Positions 31,492 through 40,655 of a DNA stretch of 41,624 nt are shown one piece after another. Source of the stretch: Acidobacteriota bacterium (GTDB taxonomy: Bacteria; Acidobacteriota; Vicinamibacteria; Vicinamibacterales; 2-12-FULL-66-21). Positions within the stretch are counted from its first letter, which is position 1. The number at the start of each line of letters is the position of its first letter. Below the pieces are notes generated by a model that was not told where the DNA came from, ran no database searches, and saw nothing but the letters and a program-made list of their open reading frames with translations. The stretch is from contig JBDTOB010000001.1 in the NCBI GenBank assembly GCA_039933435.1, forward strand, positions 1-41,624. The letters are read 5' to 3'. The position numbers and the translations under genes were made by a program.

Positions 31492-34400
31492 GTGGACCAC
31501 CATGCTATGCTTGTCCCCCGCTTGGGACTGCCTTCAATTGATCTCAGACGCGCCCGCCGGCTGATCGCGCCGGACGGCACCCGCCGTCATCGTGCGCTCG
31601 GCCGGATCCTTCGCTCCGCTGGTGCGAGGACGTCGTCGCGGCAGGCGGCTAGGCCGCCGCTCGTCAGCCTGCTGCTGACAGGGGCCCGCACGACGGCGGC
31701 TGATCTGCTCGGCACCATCCTTTCCGTTCAGGCGCAGACCGAACCTCGCTGGGAATTGTGGCTGACAGGTTTGGCCGGGGACACACCCGCAGAGGTGGCG
31801 GCTGACCCCCGGGTAAAGGTCGCGCCGCCCGCCACCGGAGAAACGGCGGCCGCTCTCAATGCCGCGCTGGCGGCTGCGCGTGGCACCTGGGTCGGCTGCC
31901 TCAGCGGTGGTGATCGGCTCGCGCCAGACGCCCTCAGGCTCCTCACCGCCGCGGCGGCGCGCCCGCAGGCTGACGCGGTATACAGCGACGAGGAGACGCT
32001 CCAGGATGTCGGCCCCCCGGGCGGCACCTACTCGAAGCCGGACTGGTCTCCGGAGCTGCTGCTTTCGTTCCCTTACATCAGCCGGTTGTCGCTGCTCCGC
32101 CGCGACCGCGTCGTCGCGCTAGGGGGATGGCGGCAGGCCACCGTCGCGGCGGAAGAGTACGAGCTCCATCTCGGCATCGCGCGCGCCGGCGGCGCGATTC
32201 GGCGCGTCGATCAGATCCTTTACTTCCGCCAGGGACGGCATGCGGCGGAGGTCTACAGTACGCCCGCCGCAGTCGACGCCCGGCGGACGGCGGTAGAGGC
32301 GCATCTCGCCGCGACCAGCACCGCCGCCGCGATCGAGCCTCGACCCGACGCGGGCCGGCTGCGCGTCCGGCCGGTGATCGCCGGGCAGCCGCTGGTCAGC
32401 ATCGTGATTGCGACCCGCGACCGCGTTCAGCTGCTCAGACAGTGCGTCGAGAGCATCCGCGCCACGACCGACGCGTCGGTGGCCTACGAGATCATCGTCG
32501 CCGACAACGACAGCGCCGAAGCCGAGACGCTCGAATACTTCGAAGTCTCGGGGCTGCGGATCGTCCACGTCCCCGGCCCCTTCAACTTTTCGGCGATCAA
32601 CAACGCCGCGGCACGCGTCGCGCGTGGCTCGTTGCTGCTCTTTCTCAATAACGACACCGAAGTCATCGACCCGCGATGGCTGGCCGCCATGGCGGAGTGG
32701 GCGCTGCAACCGGCGATCGGATGCGTCGGTGCGAAGCTGCTCTTCGGCGACGGGAGGATTCAGCACGTCGGCGTGACGCTCCATGACGGATCCGCCCACC
32801 ACCCGTTCTACGGAGAGCGGCCGTCGGCGCGGAACTGGCTCGACACCGAGCTGGTCCGCAACTACAGTGCCGTGACCGCCGCGTGCGTTATGGTCCGGCG
32901 CGCCGTCTTCGAGGAGGTCGGCGGCTTCGCGGAGACCCTTCCGATCGCCTACAACGATGTGGACCTCTGCGTCCGGGTGCTGCGCGCCGGGTATCGCAAC
33001 CTCTACACGCCGTACGCCGTGCTCTACCATCACGAGTCGTCCAGCCGCGCGCCTGGCGTGACTATCGAAGACAATCAACGCCTGCGTGCGGCCGTCGGAG
33101 AGCTCGTCTGGTCGGACCCGCTCTGCCCGGCGCTGCAGCGCATGGCGGCCCCGCGAACCGGCGCCGCCGCGAACGTCGTCTCGCGTCAGCTGCAGCGGGC
33201 GGCGCGAGTCCTGCGGCGGGGTACCGAGGTGCTGGCAGCTGTGGCCTGGCGCCGCACCTCGCTGCGAAGTATCGCGGAGACCGCGACCCACCCCCCGGAC
33301 TCGGAGATGGTGCGATGGCTGGACGGCGTGGAGATCGGCGGCCAGACCCGCATTGCCCTCTTCATGCATCCCGCCAGCAGCCGCACCTACCGCACTACAC
33401 CAGGGCCCGGAGGACGCTTCGACGCCCGGATCTGCCTGCTGCCGGAGGTCTGGAAGAAGAACGAGGGAGGCGTGGTTTTTACGGCGGCGGTCACCGCTGG
33501 CGTCCAGACCAGCCAGCGAGAGTGGGTGCTGAACCCCGGTGCCAGACCGGCAGATCGCCGCTGGGTTCACGTCCGCCTGCCGTTGTCCGCTTACGCCGGC
33601 CGGGACGTCGAGATTACGCTCTCAACCGGACTGGCCGCCGGCGCCGGCCCCGGCCACGCATGGGCGGCGTGGGGCGATCCTGTGCTGCTCGAGCGCAAGC
33701 GAGCCGCGGACGTCGTGCGGCGACAGGCACAGGTGGTCAAGGCGCTCGGCCTCCGAGGCGCCGCCCGTCGATACGCCCGGCTGCTGCGGTCCGGCGCCCA
33801 CGGCCAGGCAGCTCCCTTCGTCTACGACGCCTGGTTCAAGCAGCAGGCGCTCGCCAGCCCTGAGGAGCTGATGCGGCGCCTGGCCGCCTGCGCCTACCGG
33901 CCCCGCATCAGCGTTGTGACGCCGGTCTTCAACACCGATCCGAAATGGCTGCGGCACTGCGTTGACTCGGTGCGCGCCCAGCGATACACCGATTGGGAGC
34001 TGTGCCTTGGAGACGATGGGTCCACGAATCCGCGTACCCGCGAGGCGCTCGCCGGTCTCGAAGCCGTCGATCCGCGCATCAAGGTGACGACGCTGGAACG
34101 GAACGGCGGCATTTCCGCCGCGTCGAATGCCGCCCTGGCGCTGGCCACGGGGGAATTCATCGCCCTGCTCGACCATGACGACGAGCTCGCACCCGACGCC
34201 CTGGCTGAGGTCGTCATCGCGCTGAATGCGCATCCCGAAGCCGACTTCATCTACACCGACGAAGACAAGCTCGAATTCGACGGCGCCCACGTGGAGCCGT
34301 TCTTCAAGCCTGATTGGTCACCCGAGTATCTGCGCTCTACCATGTACGTCGGGCATCTTGGCGTGCACCGGCGTTCGCTGGTCGAACGGATCGGCGGGTT

Positions 34401-35496
34401 CCGCTCGGCGTTCGACGGCGCGCAGGATTACGACCTGGCCCTCCGGGCCAGCGAGCACTCCTCGCACATTCTCCACATTCCGAAGATCCTTTATCACTGG
34501 CGGAAGATCCCGGGATCGGCGGCGGGAGACCGCGCCGCCAAACCATGGGGCTTCGACGCCGCCCACCGGGCCTTGGAAGATCAAATCACCCGCCTGAGCC
34601 TGCCGGCGACCGTGGACGCGACGCCGGGCCATGGTTTCTACCGGGTCCGCTATGCGATCGCCGGCGATCCCCTGGTCAGCATCCTGATCCCGACGGACGG
34701 GCGGATTGCCAGCGGGCCGAGTGGCTCGCGCGACCTGCTGCTCGAATGCGTGCGCAGCATTGTCGAGCACACGACCCGCGTTCGCTACGAGCTCATCATT
34801 GTCGACAACGGCCGTCTCTCGCCGCAGGTGCTGGCCTATCTGCGGGACGTGCCGCACCGGCGCGAGACGTATCGCAGCGAGGGCCCGTTCAACTTCGCCG
34901 CCAAGGTGAACTTCGCGGCGCGGCTGGCCGCGGGGGACCACCTCCTGCTCCTCAATGACGATACCGAGGTGCGTTCACCCGAATGGGCCCGGGCGATGCT
35001 GGAGTTCTCGCAGCAGCCGGGCGTCGGCGCGGTCGGCGCCAAGCTCCTTTACCCCGATGGCAGGCTGCAGCACTCGGGGGTCGTGCTGGGCATCGGCGGC
35101 GGCGCCTGTCACGTCTTCTGCGGACAACAGGGGGAAACGCCGGGCTACTTCGGCAGTGCCCTGGTCATCCGCAACTACTCCGCCGTGACCGGCGCCTGCT
35201 GCATGACGCCGCGCGCGGTCTTCGACGAGGTCGGGGGCTTCGACGAACTGTTCGCGCGCGACTTCAACGATGTCGACTACTGCCTGCGGCTGGGCGCGCG
35301 CGGCTACCGAATCGTGTGCACCCCCTTCGCGCGGCTGTATCACTATGAAGGCGCGACGTTCGGCAGCCGCGAGCACATCGTCGATCCCGCCGAGATTGCC
35401 GCCCTCAGCGAGCGGTGGGGGGCGGTTATCGCGGCCGACCCCTTCTACAATCCCAATCTCACCCGGTCGGCTCTGGACTACAGCCTGCGCCTGTAA
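31492..35496 (+). CDS. Giant (about 1,330 aa) glycosyltransferase with four GT2 domains: A-B, beta-rich domain, A-B
   Basis: GTG at 31492 or ATG at 31507. Domain motifs:
- A1: VSLLLTG..LSGGDRL..VYSDEE..YSKPDWSPE
- B1: VSIVIATRD..IIVADNDS..FNFSAINN..LFLNNDTE..GCVGAKLLFGDGRIQHVG..NDVDLCVR
- A2: ISVVTPVFN..LGDDGS..LLDHDDEL..IYTDEDK..FFKPDWSPE
- B2: VSILIPTDG..IIVDNG..FNFAAKVNF..LLLNDDTE..GAVGAKLLYPDGRLQHSG..NDVDYCLR. Confidence 0.85.
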   Translation: MDHHAMLVPRLGLPSIDLRRARRLIAPDGTRRHRALGRILRSAGARTSSRQAARPPLVSLLLTGARTTAADLLGTILSVQAQTEPRWELWLTGLAGDTPAEVAADPRVKVAPPATGETAAALNAALAAARGTWVGCLSGGDRLAPDALRLLTAAAARPQADAVYSDEETLQDVGPPGGTYSKPDWSPELLLSFPYISRLSLLRRDRVVALGGWRQATVAAEEYELHLGIARAGGAIRRVDQILYFRQGRHAAEVYSTPAAVDARRTAVEAHLAATSTAAAIEPRPDAGRLRVRPVIAGQPLVSIVIATRDRVQLLRQCVESIRATTDASVAYEIIVADNDSAEAETLEYFEVSGLRIVHVPGPFNFSAINNAAARVARGSLLLFLNNDTEVIDPRWLAAMAEWALQPAIGCVGAKLLFGDGRIQHVGVTLHDGSAHHPFYGERPSARNWLDTELVRNYSAVTAACVMVRRAVFEEVGGFAETLPIAYNDVDLCVRVLRAGYRNLYTPYAVLYHHESSSRAPGVTIEDNQRLRAAVGELVWSDPLCPALQRMAAPRTGAAANVVSRQLQRAARVLRRGTEVLAAVAWRRTSLRSIAETATHPPDSEMVRWLDGVEIGGQTRIALFMHPASSRTYRTTPGPGGRFDARICLLPEVWKKNEGGVVFTAAVTAGVQTSQREWVLNPGARPADRRWVHVRLPLSAYAGRDVEITLSTGLAAGAGPGHAWAAWGDPVLLERKRAADVVRRQAQVVKALGLRGAARRYARLLRSGAHGQAAPFVYDAWFKQQALASPEELMRRLAACAYRPRISVVTPVFNTDPKWLRHCVDSVRAQRYTDWELCLGDDGSTNPRTREALAGLEAVDPRIKVTTLERNGGISAASNAALALATGEFIALLDHDDELAPDALAEVVIALNAHPEADFIYTDEDKLEFDGAHVEPFFKPDWSPEYLRSTMYVGHLGVHRRSLVERIGGFRSAFDGAQDYDLALRASEHSSHILHIPKILYHWRKIPGSAAGDRAAKPWGFDAAHRALEDQITRLSLPATVDATPGHGFYRVRYAIAGDPLVSILIPTDGRIASGPSGSRDLLLECVRSIVEHTTRVRYELIIVDNGRLSPQVLAYLRDVPHRRETYRSEGPFNFAAKVNFAARLAAGDHLLLLNDDTEVRSPEWARAMLEFSQQPGVGAVGAKLLYPDGRLQHSGVVLGIGGGACHVFCGQQGETPGYFGSALVIRNYSAVTGACCMTPRAVFDEVGGFDELFARDFNDVDYCLRLGARGYRIVCTPFARLYHYEGATFGSREHIVDPAEIAALSERWGAVIAADPFYNPNLTRSALDYSLRL

Positions 35497-35502
35497 TTTT
35501 CG

Positions 35503-37665
35503 ATGGCCCGCACCCAGTCGCCCCAGCTGCAGCCGCTGCACGATCTGCGGCAAACCGGCCAGAACCGGTGGGTGGCGGAGGGGCACGACCCCCAGTTTCT
35601 CCTCGCCGGTCCGTTCCGGCGGGGGCTCTGGGAGCTTCGGATCCGCGGCACGGCCCCTCGTGCCTCGGCGCACGCGTCGATGCAGCTTTACCACGCAGCG
35701 CATGGCGCTTTCTCGGAGGCCGCGAGCGTCAGCGGACGCGGGCTGTGCGGCGAGGAAGCCGAGCGCCGGCTGCGCTTTTGGCTGCCGGCGACGGCGGACT
35801 CGTTCAGGTTCGATCCCGCCAACGAGCCGGGCCCTCTCGCGTTCGAATCCCTCCAGCTGCGGCGGCTGAATCTCGCCGCGGCCGTCCTGCGGCAGTGGAT
35901 CAATCTCGCGCGCGCCGATCTCCGGCGCGCCCTGCGGTGGCTGTGGCGGATCGTCTCGGAGCCGAGGCGCGCCAAACCGATGATCCTCCAGCTCGCGGCC
36001 TCCACAGCGGTGCACGATCGGTATCCGGAGTGGCTGGCGAAGCGGTGCGCCGTCCGCACGGCTCAGTACGCGCCGCCCACCCCGGATGACAACCTCTTCT
36101 CGCTGCTCACGACCGTCTACGACACGGCGCCCGAATACGTGGACGCACTGGCCGCCAGCGTCGCTTCCCAGACCTTCACCGGCTTCGAGTGGATCGTGCT
36201 GGATAACGGCAGCCGCAACCCACGGACCCTTTCCGCCATCGCCAGCCTGGCCGCCCTTGCGCAGGTGCGGTTGTTTCGCGTCGATCGCAACCTCGGCATC
36301 ATCGGCGGCATGCGCTACGTGCTGGAACGCGCCGGCGGCCGCTATATTCTGCCGGTTGATTCCGATGACGTCCTGTTTCCCGACACGCTCGCCGTGGTGG
36401 CGTCGCAGGCACAGCAGCACGGGTATCCGGCTTTGCTGTACACGGACGAGGACAAGCTGCGCGACGGAGTGCACACCGACCCCTTTCTCAAGCCCGACTG
36501 GGATCCCGTCCTGCTGCGCAACTGCTGCTATATCGCGCACTTGACGGCCATCGACCGCGCCGGAGCGCTTCGCCTGGGCGCCTATACCGATGCGAGCGCG
36601 GAAGGTTGCCACGACTGGGATTCCTTCCTGCGCTTCGCCAGGGCCGGCAAGCATGCTAAGCACGTCCCGGACATTCTCTACAGCTGGCGCATGCATGCGG
36701 GATCGACCGCCGCGGACGTGGCCGCGAAGGACTTCATCGTCGCCTCGCAGCGGCACGTGCTCGTGAATCACCTTGCCAGGCTGGGTCTGGACGACCGCCT
36801 CGAGGTGGTGCGAAGCCCGCATTTTCCAGCCTCCCCTGACTGGTGGATCCGCCGGCGCCGATGCGCGGCCCCGCCCGCGTCGCTGCTCATCGACGCCCGC
36901 GCTGCCAGCCCAGCTGCGGCCACAGCGATTCTCGCGCGCACCGGTGGCTATCCGATCGCGCGGATCTGGCTCATCTCCACGGCGGAAGACGCCGCGGCCA
37001 TGACGTCAGCGGTGCGGCAGGCCGCGCCGGATGTGGATCTGCGATCCTCGAGCGCGGGGCTGCCAGCCGCGTTAAGTGATGCAGTCGCTGCCGACGCCCT
37101 GCTGCTAGCCCTCGCAGACGCGTCACTCTTCCCCGTCACCGACGAGTGGCTGTGGGAGATGGTCGGCCTGAAAGAGAGCTATCCGGACACGGTCGCGGTG
37201 GGAGGCCGGATACTGGATGCTTCCGGCCGGGTCGTGAGCGGACCGTTGGTTTTCGGTTACGACGGTCCGGTGGGTTCGCCCGATCGGGGACGTGCGACGG
37301 CTGATGCGGGTTATTTCGGATCGGCCTTGAAACAGCAGTCGACGAGCGCGGTCGACGGCCGGCTATGCGGGGTGGACCCTGGTTTCCTGGGTGCGCTCGC
37401 GGCGGCTGGGAAGCCATTCCCCGACAGCCTGGTGACCTTGGGCCCCTGGCTCGGGCTCCAGGCCCTCGACCAGGGCCGCCGCGTCGTCTTCTCCCCCTTC
37501 ATCGAGGCTTCTGGCGAGGCGCCCCCTGCCCCCCTGCTCGACGATTACCTGCAGGACACCCGGTACTATCACCGGCTGCTCTCCAAGTCGATTCCGTTCG
37601 AACCCGACTTCACGCTCCTTCCGTCCAGGGGACAGGCTGCCAGGTTTGGCACCCAGGGCGGCTGA
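35503..37665 (+). CDS. Glycosyltransferase (720 aa): N-terminal 'RFDP' domain plus GT2 A-B cassette paralogous to those in the giant protein
   Basis: ATG lies 6 nt after the upstream TAA. Motifs: LLTTVYDTAPEYV, IVLDNGS, LPVDSDDVL, LLYTDEDK..FLKPDWDP, LYSWRMHAGSTAA. The C-terminal region (TDEWLWEMVGL..VAVGGRILDASGR..DAGYFGSALKQQSTSAV) aligns with a B-type GT2 domain but has ADAS in place of NDD. Confidence 0.85.
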   Translation: MARTQSPQLQPLHDLRQTGQNRWVAEGHDPQFLLAGPFRRGLWELRIRGTAPRASAHASMQLYHAAHGAFSEAASVSGRGLCGEEAERRLRFWLPATADSFRFDPANEPGPLAFESLQLRRLNLAAAVLRQWINLARADLRRALRWLWRIVSEPRRAKPMILQLAASTAVHDRYPEWLAKRCAVRTAQYAPPTPDDNLFSLLTTVYDTAPEYVDALAASVASQTFTGFEWIVLDNGSRNPRTLSAIASLAALAQVRLFRVDRNLGIIGGMRYVLERAGGRYILPVDSDDVLFPDTLAVVASQAQQHGYPALLYTDEDKLRDGVHTDPFLKPDWDPVLLRNCCYIAHLTAIDRAGALRLGAYTDASAEGCHDWDSFLRFARAGKHAKHVPDILYSWRMHAGSTAADVAAKDFIVASQRHVLVNHLARLGLDDRLEVVRSPHFPASPDWWIRRRRCAAPPASLLIDARAASPAAATAILARTGGYPIARIWLISTAEDAAAMTSAVRQAAPDVDLRSSSAGLPAALSDAVAADALLLALADASLFPVTDEWLWEMVGLKESYPDTVAVGGRILDASGRVVSGPLVFGYDGPVGSPDRGRATADAGYFGSALKQQSTSAVDGRLCGVDPGFLGALAAAGKPFPDSLVTLGPWLGLQALDQGRRVVFSPFIEASGEAPPAPLLDDYLQDTRYYHRLLSKSIPFEPDFTLLPSRGQAARFGTQGG

Positions 37666-37806
37666 GTCGGGAGACGGCCATCCAAAATAGGGCTGGCGGT
37701 TGCCTATCTGATCCGCCGGGTGTGGTTCCTGTTTCCCACTTTTACTCTCCCAAGGCCTTCTTTTAGCTGAACCGTCGGGCACCGAGATTGCTGTTGTGCT
37801 CGCGGA

Positions 37807-40530
37807 ATGGGAGGCCTTGTGACTTTTATGCGTACTTATCTGCACCACCTGCTCAGGCTGGGGACGGCGGCGCTACTACTGAGCCCCCTCCCTGCGATGG
37901 GTCAAACGACGACAACATTGACGGGTTCCAATGCGGATCAGACCTGGAGCGGTCCGGTCGCCAACGCGAACGCCGGGGTCTGGCTCGACCAGGGAGCGGT
38001 GAGCAACGATTCGCGGCGCGACTTGATCGTCGGCGCCCCGGGCAATGCCTCCGTCCTCGGAAAGGTCTACGTGATTTTTGGCGGGCCAGTGCGTTTCGGC
38101 GATGTCAGCCTGGCCACGGCAGACACCACCATCGCCGGCGGCGCCGCCGGTGATCTCTTCGGTTACGCGACCGCTGCCGGCAACATTCTCAACATCGAAA
38201 ATACGGTGCCCCGGAACCTCGTCGTTGGGGCCCCGGGGGCGATGGGCAACCGCGGCGCGGTCTACCTTTTCGCAGGAGGCTTCACGGAGGGAAACTCCCT
38301 CAACACCTCGAACGCCGTCTTTACCATCATCGGAGCCACCGGCGACCGGCTGGGCAGCGCGCTCGCCACGGCCGATCTGAACAACGACGGACGACGCGAG
38401 ATCATCATCGGTGCTCCGGGGACCGGGCGCATTTACGTCATCAACGGCAGTGCGGCCCTGACCGGCACCCTGGACCTCTCCAACCCGGCAACTCCAGCCA
38501 ACCTGACGATTGGCGGTACCGGCCTCGGCAACGTCCTCGCCGCGGGTGACGTTACCGGCGACTGTATCTCCGACCTGCTCGTCGGCTCCAGCACGCAGAA
38601 CGTTGTCTACCTCTACAAGGGCAAGGCGAGCGGCGGCCTGCCGACCACCCCGGATGCCGGATTCGTCGGCGAGCGCGCCGGGGACATCATCATCGGCGCG
38701 CCGGGGTCGAAGGGCCCCGCCGGCGACCGCGTCGACGGCGGCGCGGTGTACGTGTTGTGGGGGGCTCCGACCCTCGTTTCCCGGAATCTCGCGGACGCTG
38801 ACGTCAAGTTCTATGGCAAGGCGGGGGATCGCGCCGGCGCCGCCGTGACCTCTGGCGATATCAATCGTGACACGCCGGACGATCTCGTCATCCTGTCGCC
38901 AGGGGCGGCGGGCGGGGCCGGCGAACTCAACGTCTATTACGGCCGCACCCGCGGCAGCTACGGCACGCTGATCGATTTCGGGTCGAGCCCGGCGCTGATG
39001 GACCGGACCATCGTCGGCAGCGACAGCTCGAACCCAATTGGTTCGGTCCAGGTCTTCGAGGTCACTGGTGAAGGCGCGCGCGATCTGATCGTCGGCGTCC
39101 CCACCGTGGCGTCGAATGCGGGGCTCATCTACTTCACGATCTCCCCCCGGATGATTCCCGGCAGCCGCACCATCAACATGATCGTCAACGAGAACGGGGC
39201 GGTGTCGGCGAGCGACACCGTCGTCAACGCCAGCAACGTGCCGATCACCTGGACGCTGTCGAGCAACCGCTCCTGGCTGACCACGGGCTCCAGCACCGGC
39301 AGTTCGGTGAGGGGCTCGGATGGTAGCTTCAACATCCTCGGATCGTCCGCCGGGCTGGCACCGGGTGTTTACACCGGCACGGTGACGATCACCTCCACCA
39401 GCAATCACCTGCTGATGTCGGTGCCGATCACCGTCAACCTGACCATCACCTCGACCCGAATCTTCATCGATTCGCCGACGTCTGGCAGCACGGTGGTGCA
39501 GCCGTACACGCTCAAGGGCTGGGCGATCGAGAGCACCTCGCCCGCCAGTTCCGGGGTCACCGGTGTCGATGCCGTGCACGTCTACGCCTATCCGAACCCG
39601 GGCTCCGGAACCGCACCGGTGTTCCTCGGCGCGGCCACATACGGCTACGCACGCGACGATGTTGCGGCCGCCTACGGGGCGCACTTCAGGAACTCCGGCT
39701 TCCAGCTGCCGATTCTCGGCCTGGCGCCCGGCCTCTACCGGCTCGTGGTCTACGCGCATCACACGGCTTCGGGGGTGTTCACGCACTACAACTTCGTCGA
39801 CGTCAACGTGATGAACAACCCGGCGATGGGCGTCTACACGCCGACCAACAATTCGACGGTGTCCTCGGCGTTCGAGATCACCGGGTGGGCCATCGACCGC
39901 GCCGCGGCCGTCGGGCCGGGCGTGGACACGGTCCACATCTACGTCTTCCCCAACGTTGGATCAGGTCAGGCCCCGGTGTTCATCGGGGTGGCGAGCATGG
40001 GCTGGTCGCATCCGGACGTCGGCGCGATGTTCGGCTCGCAGTTCACCAACTCCGGGTTCCACTTCACCATCACCGGCCTGGGACCGGGTGTCCACGACCT
40101 GGCAATGTATGCCCACAGCACCGTCTCCGGGCGCTTCGACAAGGTCACGGTCAACCGCATCACCGTGAACAACAACTTGTTGATGGGTATCGGCCTGCCT
40201 GGGGCGGAAAGCCGGGTCAGCACGAACTTCTGGGCGGCTGGCTGGGCGATCGATCGGTCGGCCGCGAGCGGTACCGGGGTCGACACGATTCACATCTACG
40301 CCTACAAGAACCCGGGTTCGGGGACGCCGCCGGTGTTCCTCGGGGTGGCGGACTATGGACAGCCGCACAGCGGCGTCGCCCAGCTTTACGGAACCCGTTA
40401 CCTCAACTCAGCCTTCGCACTGCAGGTGACAACGCTGACGCCAGGGGTCTACGACATCGTAATGTTCGCCCACAGTACGGCGACCAATACGTTTAACAAC
40501 TGGGCTGTAGTGCGAACTACGGTGCAATAA
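37807..40530 (+). CDS. Secreted FG-GAP (integrin-alpha-like beta-propeller) repeat protein with Ig-like segment and three C-terminal 'GWA' modules
   Basis: ATG 37807; GTG 37819 and ATG 37828 are alternative in-frame starts. Signal peptide: MRTYLHHLLRLGTAALLLSPLPAMG|Q. About seven FG-GAP-like blades (e.g. DLIVGAPG..GKVYVIFG, NLVVGAPG..GAVYLFAG, ADLNNDGRREIIIGAPGTGRIYVI, GDVTGDCISDLLVGS). The C-terminal triple module is paralogous to 8272-9330. Confidence 0.85.
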   Translation: MGGLVTFMRTYLHHLLRLGTAALLLSPLPAMGQTTTTLTGSNADQTWSGPVANANAGVWLDQGAVSNDSRRDLIVGAPGNASVLGKVYVIFGGPVRFGDVSLATADTTIAGGAAGDLFGYATAAGNILNIENTVPRNLVVGAPGAMGNRGAVYLFAGGFTEGNSLNTSNAVFTIIGATGDRLGSALATADLNNDGRREIIIGAPGTGRIYVINGSAALTGTLDLSNPATPANLTIGGTGLGNVLAAGDVTGDCISDLLVGSSTQNVVYLYKGKASGGLPTTPDAGFVGERAGDIIIGAPGSKGPAGDRVDGGAVYVLWGAPTLVSRNLADADVKFYGKAGDRAGAAVTSGDINRDTPDDLVILSPGAAGGAGELNVYYGRTRGSYGTLIDFGSSPALMDRTIVGSDSSNPIGSVQVFEVTGEGARDLIVGVPTVASNAGLIYFTISPRMIPGSRTINMIVNENGAVSASDTVVNASNVPITWTLSSNRSWLTTGSSTGSSVRGSDGSFNILGSSAGLAPGVYTGTVTITSTSNHLLMSVPITVNLTITSTRIFIDSPTSGSTVVQPYTLKGWAIESTSPASSGVTGVDAVHVYAYPNPGSGTAPVFLGAATYGYARDDVAAAYGAHFRNSGFQLPILGLAPGLYRLVVYAHHTASGVFTHYNFVDVNVMNNPAMGVYTPTNNSTVSSAFEITGWAIDRAAAVGPGVDTVHIYVFPNVGSGQAPVFIGVASMGWSHPDVGAMFGSQFTNSGFHFTITGLGPGVHDLAMYAHSTVSGRFDKVTVNRITVNNNLLMGIGLPGAESRVSTNFWAAGWAIDRSAASGTGVDTIHIYAYKNPGSGTPPVFLGVADYGQPHSGVAQLYGTRYLNSAFALQVTTLTPGVYDIVMFAHSTATNTFNNWAVVRTTVQ
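39457..40527 (+). repeat. Three tandem coding repeats (~117-120 aa) at the C-terminus of the FG-GAP protein, paralogous to 8272-9330
   Basis: Units start near 39457, 39817 and 40174. Pattern: GWAI(D/E)..A..G.GVD.VH(V/I)Y.(Y/F)PN.GSG.APVF(L/I)G.A..G....DV....G..F.NSGF......L.PG......YAHS. DNA-level similarity to the other gene: gtcgatgccgt(a/g)cacgtctacgccta. Confidence 0.9.
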
Positions 40531-40541
40531 GGACGGGGTCG

Positions 40542-40574
40542 ACGGCCGGCACGGCATCGCGCCGTGCCGGCCGT
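40542..40574. terminator. Strong hairpin between convergent genes (candidate bidirectional terminator)
   Basis: ACGGCCGGCACGGC-atcgc-GCCGTGCCGGCCGT gives a perfect 14-bp stem and 5-nt loop. It starts 12 nt after the TAA of the FG-GAP gene. There is no clear U-tract. Confidence 0.55.
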
Positions 40575-40655
40575 TGATCCGCTCGCGCAGGGGGGGGCCA
40601 CGGAAGCGCTGGTCCAGCCGCCCACTTCCACGGCGTGCGGTTCACGCCTCAAACA

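Noticed and set aside
26661-32296. Additional exact GGCGGTAG octamers at 26661-26668 and 32289-32296
   Set aside because: Both lie inside coding sequence, and the first lies on the antisense strand of its gene. They are most simply chance occurrences, and they lower the significance of the leader copy at 3826.
26931-36822. Other long shadow ORFs: 26931..28217 (+), 29111..30691 (+), 29958..31007 (-), 32119..33570 (-), 34975..36822 (-)
   Set aside because: Each overlaps, on the opposite strand or in another frame, a gene with strong family motifs. None shows motifs of its own.
37876-39936. 686-aa minus-strand ORF antisense to the FG-GAP gene
   Set aside because: Same reasoning: the plus strand shows a clear FG-GAP periodicity and paralogy to 8272-9330, while the antisense translation is Arg/Gly/Asp-rich with no motifs.
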